Origin: an uncultured Bacteroidota bacterium
GTDB lineage: Bacteria; Bacteroidota; Ignavibacteria; Kryptoniales; JAKASW01
Reading direction: 5' to 3'
Assembly: GCA_963703365.1 (NCBI GenBank)
Contig: OY969815.1
Span: forward strand, 2,814,910-2,878,909
DNA length: 64,000 nt
Made by a program: the position numbers and the translations under genes. Below, in pieces: positions 60,517 through 64,000 of the stretch. The number at the start of each line of letters is the position of its first letter. Positions within the stretch are counted from its first letter, which is position 1. The notes under the pieces were generated by a model, which worked only from the letters and a program-made list of their open reading frames with translations, had not been told where the DNA came from and made no database searches.

Positions 60517-60543
60517 GTTGTCGTCACAAAAAAGGAGGTTAGA

Positions 60544-61017
60544 ATGTATGATGTTAAGGCCATCGCCAATTACTTTATTGACAGAGGGCTTAATGAGAAT
60601 ATTGAAATAAGCCCTATGAAGCTTCAAAAATTGCTCTTTTTTGCCTATGGCTTATATCTTACTGGAAAAGGTGAGCAACTATTCAGTGATCGTTTTGAGG
60701 TATGGCCATATGGGCCGGTACTTTCACAGCTTTACCACCAGCTCAAAGGATATGGAAGCAATCCTATTAGGAATTTTGTGCCGGACTTTGATATGGCATC
60801 TGGTGAAGAATTCGTACAAACTGTGGACAAGGATGACAAGGAAGTTAATGATTTTTTAAATGGGTTCTGGAATACCTACAAGGGATATACCGCGACCCAA
60901 TTATCTAATGCGACTCATTTAGAGGGCACCCCTTGGAAAAAGGCGTTTGATAATCAGGAAAAGGTTATTTCTGACAAATATATCGATGAGTATTTTAGAA
61001 ATCTGACTAAGAACTAA
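60544..61017 (+). CDS. DUF4065 / Panacea (SocA-like) antitoxin-domain protein
   Basis: 157 aa. The sequence NYFIDRG..ISPMKLQKLLFFAYGLYL...LFSDRFEVWPYGPVLSQLYHQLKGYGSNPI matches the characteristic DUF4065 pattern (LKLQKLLYYAQG...W..GPV...Y..FK.YG). A strong SD (AAAGGAGGT) precedes it. Confidence 0.75.
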   Translation: MYDVKAIANYFIDRGLNENIEISPMKLQKLLFFAYGLYLTGKGEQLFSDRFEVWPYGPVLSQLYHQLKGYGSNPIRNFVPDFDMASGEEFVQTVDKDDKEVNDFLNGFWNTYKGYTATQLSNATHLEGTPWKKAFDNQEKVISDKYIDEYFRNLTKN

Positions 61018-61412
61018 TGGCCAAATCTCAATTTCCTTCTTTTGCCGATCTCCTAAAGGCCTCTATTGCTCCGCTGAAAACTGGGAGCACTGTTCGTGAT
61101 CCTCTGTCAGAAGCAGAAGATGAGAAGTATGAACAGGATAAAAGAGAGCGCGAAGCGGAGCTTGAAGCTCAAGAGTTAAAGCAGAATATCTCCGAAAGGA
61201 AAAAGTATGCTTCAAAGACATTCAGACTTATTTGCTGGTGGTTAGGTGGGGTGTTCTTTTTACTTTTTCTGGATGGTTTCAACGCCTATTGGTTGCCGTT
61301 TACATTCCAACTCAAAGAGAATGTCCTTTTAGCGGTAATCGGAGGCACAACGCTAAACGTAATTGGAATTTTTATCTTTGTAATGAAGTATTTATTTAAC
61401 CCTAAAAAGTGA
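61017..61412 (+). CDS. Hypothetical 131-aa membrane protein (charged coiled N-terminal half plus 2 TM helices); candidate toxin/effector partner of the DUF4065 protein
   Basis: Its start overlaps the upstream stop in TAATG. EAEDEKYEQDKREREAELEAQELKQNISERKK is followed by TM segments LICWWLGGVFFLLFLDGF and VLLAVIGGTTLNVIGIFIFVM. I recognise no family. Confidence 0.5.
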   Translation: MAKSQFPSFADLLKASIAPLKTGSTVRDPLSEAEDEKYEQDKREREAELEAQELKQNISERKKYASKTFRLICWWLGGVFFLLFLDGFNAYWLPFTFQLKENVLLAVIGGTTLNVIGIFIFVMKYLFNPKK

Positions 61413-61505
61413 GTTGTTTTCAGATTAAAACAAGAAGAAACTATTTAAAAGTCCTATATATCTGTGAGATAATTATGGTAGTTTTGGACTAAAGGAATAA
61501 AAAAA

Positions 61506-61532
61506 CCGAGCAGTCATTACCTGCTCGGTTTT
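61506..61532. terminator. Intrinsic (bidirectional) terminator after the DUF4065 operon
   Basis: AATAAAAAAA precedes the stem CCGAGCAG-tcattac-CTGCTCGG, and TTTTC follows it. Confidence 0.7.
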
Positions 61533-61668
61533 CAAAATCAGCGGAATTCTGTCCGGCATAGTCTTGCATTTGAGAATCTCGCTCTGAAGTGCTTCTTAAT
61601 ATAAGGGGCTATTGGGCCTGATGCAAGACCTTTCTTAAGAATAAGATAAGAAAGGTGGTGAATGGTCA

Positions 61669-61797
61669 ATGGCTGAACAAACAGCGCGGCCGGGTTACCA
61701 TCTCATTTTCAGGGCATTCATAACCTTGAGAAATGGGAAACGTATCTATGCAAGTAGCTACGGTCTCAGGGCGTTTGCTATTTGGGTGAAAGATTAG
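61669..61797 (+). CDS. Unlisted 42-aa ORF (hypothetical small basic protein)
   Basis: Hand translation gives MAEQTARPGYHLIFRAFITLRNGKRIYASSYGLRAFAIWVKD*. It is preceded by AAGGTGGTG. A hairpin follows: AATGGCACA at 61815-23 pairs with TGTGCCATT at 61845-53, then TTT. Confidence 0.3.
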   Translation: MAEQTARPGYHLIFRAFITLRNGKRIYASSYGLRAFAIWVKD

Positions 61798-61896
61798 CCC
61801 GTCTAAGTAAATGCAATGGCACATTCGATGAGTGTCTGGTTGGGTGTGCCATTTTATACTATTACTTTATAACTAAAATCAAGGGAGTAAAATCTT

Positions 61897-62094
61897 ATGA
61901 GTAGCGATTCGGCAAACATAGTTGCAAGCAATCTAACGGTCGCTTATTGTCTAACTATTAATCGGCGATTAGGGCCCGGCACAGGTACGATCTCAACTCA
62001 GGAAACGGAATTTAGCAAAGAAAACATCTTGTCGATCTATCGAAAATTTCTGCAAGAAGTTAAAGGCCCACAAAAGTATGGAAGCCGGCCATAA
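61897..62094 (+). CDS. Hypothetical 65-aa protein
   Basis: The ORF has AAGGGAG 8 nt upstream of the ATG. I recognise no family. Confidence 0.3.
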   Translation: MSSDSANIVASNLTVAYCLTINRRLGPGTGTISTQETEFSKENILSIYRKFLQEVKGPQKYGSRP

Positions 62095-62168
62095 AATCAA
62101 ATTGAGCCACTTAGTCATAAACTGAGCCTTTACCCAAATCCCGCCTACGGGATCTTCGATCGGTTCTC

Positions 62169-62189
62169 TTGTCCCGCACGGCGGGACAA
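62169..62189. terminator. GC-rich hairpin between convergent genes (possible terminator, no clear U-tract)
   Basis: The stem is TTGTCCCGC-acg-GCGGGACAA. A second hairpin, ATCCCG-ccta-CGGGAT, lies at 62138-62153. Confidence 0.35.
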
Positions 62190-62254
62190 AAGAAACTCCG
62201 ACCATGGTGGCGAGGAATCCGTCCATCTTTTCGGGCAGCCTCACGTCGCTCACT

Positions 62255-64000
62255 TTACTTCATCAGCACAAGTTTCTTTACCGACATAAACTTCTCACGG
62301 TTATTCTCATCAGCGATGATTCGGCAGAAATAAACTCCGCTGGCAAATTTTGACGCGTCAAAAGTAACGCTGTAACATCCTGTGTTTTGTTTTTGATTCA
62401 CCAATATTGCCATTTCTCTTCCAAGCACATCGTAGATTTTCAACGTAACGTGGCTGGCAACTGACAACTGATAGCTGATTACTGTGGAAGGATTGAAAGG
62501 GTTCGGATAATTCTGACTCAACTCAAATGAATTCGGTACGCCATTCCCGATTTGTTTCACGCCGAGAACTGTAATATTGTCAGTTCCGCCGGCTTCAATG
62601 TATCTCGCCTTGAACTCTTGCAAATACAAGTTTGCGATGCGCTTGCTGTGAATGATGAGTTCGTTCTCGTTATTGGAAGTCTCCGCAGCGTCCGACCAGT
62701 TGTGCGAACCGGTCATTACAATCTCGTCTGCGTTCGGAGATTCGGCGTCGATAACAGCGTACTTGTGGTGAAGAAGCCCTGTGAGATTGCTTCCTTTCAA
62801 ATGAACATCGATCCCATTTGTTTGCAGGAAACTAAATTGATTCCCGGTGTCGGTATTGTTGTCCATCACGACTCTGACTTTATCGCCTGCCGTTTTTTTC
62901 AAAACGAGTTCCTGTGCCAAGTCGCCGCGTGTAAAAGTAAGCATGCAAACATTGATTGAGCTTGTAGCAGTAGCAAGAGTTTGATATATGTGAAGCGTGG
63001 TTTGGTCCGACGGGCTGAAGTAAAGCTCGACCGGTGTACCGTTGACGTTAAACTTGTGCGGCGTGATGTCTATCTTGCGGGCACCGAAACGGGATTGAGC
63101 TGAATCGGGTGTGTCTGTCGAGCTTCCCCCCATTTCGTTGAACTCCATCGTGTAAGCGTTCGCGAGCGCTTTGTCCTGCATCTCGATTGAATTCTGCGCG
63201 TCATCGTTGTCGCCCGGATCGGTGGCGTTCCATGATCCTGTCCAGACCCAATCGTCGGTGAAGGAGCTTGTATCGCGGAAATCGAATATCGCAAACTTGT
63301 TGTGCATCAATCCAATTCCCGCGTTGACCGGATCGTAAGTGTCGGTGATGAACGGAATGTTGTTTTTCATTGTGTCCATCGGCGCTGTGCCAGCATTATC
63401 GTTTTCAACGATCATTCTGATTCTCACCCCGCGGCTCTTCGCGCTAACCAAAGCATTCGCGATGGCGCTGCCGACATTCCCACTGAAACTATACAGTGCA
63501 AGATCGATTGAATATTTGGCTGCATTAATTCTCGAGAGAAATTTGTTCAATATGTCCACCGTCCGAGCGGTCTCACCGTTAGCGACTGAAGTATCCACAG
63601 ATTTGTTAAAATAAACGTTTATAATCCCCGTTGTGCCGGAAGGAGATTCGGTGCTAAAGATCGCGTCGCCGGTTTGATTCGTGCCGGAAGTGTCTGTGGC
63701 AGCAACCTGATAATGGTACACTGTTGCAGGCCATAATCCACTTAAAGTGATCTCGTGAGCAGTGTCGGGAGATGTAATTACAACGGAATCCTTGTAGGCA
63801 GCACTTGCACCGTACCTGACAACGGCATGGGATGGCGATGAGGTTCTGAAGGAAATCGTGACTGAGTTGGGCAGAATATTTTTTTCAGTTGGCGCCGAGA
63901 CAAAGGCAGGTCCTGCGCTCGTGATAATGTCGGATTGGATTCTGGCTTCAACTTCGTAGTTAGACGTGTACGGAGGCGTCATTGTCGAAGTATAACCGGG
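62255..64000 (-). CDS. Secreted phospholipase D/nuclease-superfamily protein (two HKD motifs) with FN3-like N-terminal domain and T9SS sorting domain; 5' end beyond the window
   Basis: HKD motifs LMHNKFAIFD and LLHHKYAVID.....GSHNWS are present. The C-terminal sorting domain reads NPFNPSTVISYQLS..VTLKIYDVLGRE...GVYFCRI...KKLVLMK. The frame is open to the window edge and there is no signal peptide at the listed M. Confidence 0.75.
   Translation of the reverse strand, partial: PGYTSTMTPPYTSNYEVEARIQSDIITSAGPAFVSAPTEKNILPNSVTISFRTSSPSHAVVRYGASAAYKDSVVITSPDTAHEITLSGLWPATVYHYQVAATDTSGTNQTGDAIFSTESPSGTTGIINVYFNKSVDTSVANGETARTVDILNKFLSRINAAKYSIDLALYSFSGNVGSAIANALVSAKSRGVRIRMIVENDNAGTAPMDTMKNNIPFITDTYDPVNAGIGLMHNKFAIFDFRDTSSFTDDWVWTGSWNATDPGDNDDAQNSIEMQDKALANAYTMEFNEMGGSSTDTPDSAQSRFGARKIDITPHKFNVNGTPVELYFSPSDQTTLHIYQTLATATSSINVCMLTFTRGDLAQELVLKKTAGDKVRVVMDNNTDTGNQFSFLQTNGIDVHLKGSNLTGLLHHKYAVIDAESPNADEIVMTGSHNWSDAAETSNNENELIIHSKRIANLYLQEFKARYIEAGGTDNITVLGVKQIGNGVPNSFELSQNYPNPFNPSTVISYQLSVASHVTLKIYDVLGREMAILVNQKQNTGCYSVTFDASKFASGVYFCRIIADENNREKFMSVKKLVLMK

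Noticed and set aside
61993-62253. 86-aa minus-strand ORF at the right edge of the islet.
   Set aside because: It overlaps the better-supported plus-strand 65-aa ORF and two GC-rich hairpins. It has no RBS and an odd composition, so it is probably non-coding.
1-64000. CRISPR arrays, rRNA genes, transposases/IS elements and prophage structural genes.
   Set aside because: No regularly spaced direct repeats, rRNA-like sequence, DDE/transposase or phage-like ORFs were seen anywhere in the window.

Overview
64 kb of mostly housekeeping bacterial chromosome, about 55 protein genes, densely packed with long co-directional arrays. C-terminal T9SS sorting domains of the '...KIYDVLGRE...' type occur on three reading frames. 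This points to an FCB-group organism (Ignavibacteriota/Bacteroidota-like), which is an inference, not a search result. Canonical TTGACA-17-TAnnnT promoters are visible. Recognisable blocks are listed below.
- typA.
- A TatT-associated TRAP transporter (tatT-dctPQM) behind pfkA.
- A 7TM-HD (PgpH-like) hydrolase, then xerD and an M50 protease.
- A lysC-lysA-asd lysine block.
- A lemA-htpX pair.
- An acyl-CoA dehydrogenase with etfBA.
- A secreted GH5 enzyme.
- A fused Hcy-methyltransferase/MTHFR.
- tRNA-Val(CAC).
- The array efp-accB-accC-gcvH-gcvPA-guaA.
- An ArsR/SdpI-like pair.
- msrA, mfd, murQ, mnmG, mnmE.
- An alaA-like aminotransferase.
- A cobalamin riboswitch controlling a BtuB-like TonB receptor plus a DUF6580-like membrane protein.

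The only clearly accessory segment is about 59.7-62.25 kb. It is a low-GC islet that has replaced most of a T9SS cargo gene, leaving only the orphan sorting domain. It carries the following elements.
- A small coiled-coil/HARE-HTH-like protein, transcribed divergently.
- A DUF4065/Panacea (SocA-like) antitoxin-domain gene, translationally coupled (TAATG) to an unrecognisable 131-aa two-TM protein. This is the best candidate for an undescribed toxin-antitoxin or abortive-infection module.
- Two further tiny ORFs.

Other sequence-level oddities:
- A roughly 100-bp direct duplication (promoter plus first 19 codons of a small gene) brackets lemA-htpX.
- A perfect 14-bp palindrome GTTTCACGTGAAAC occurs twice in the mnmE/mnmG/murQ spacers.
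- An alpha/beta-hydrolase gene contains a 357-nt in-frame tandem duplication.
- A truncated HAD-hydrolase remnant is present.
- Families of REP-like intergenic hairpin elements are scattered through the window.

No CRISPR array, rRNA, transposase or phage integrase was seen.
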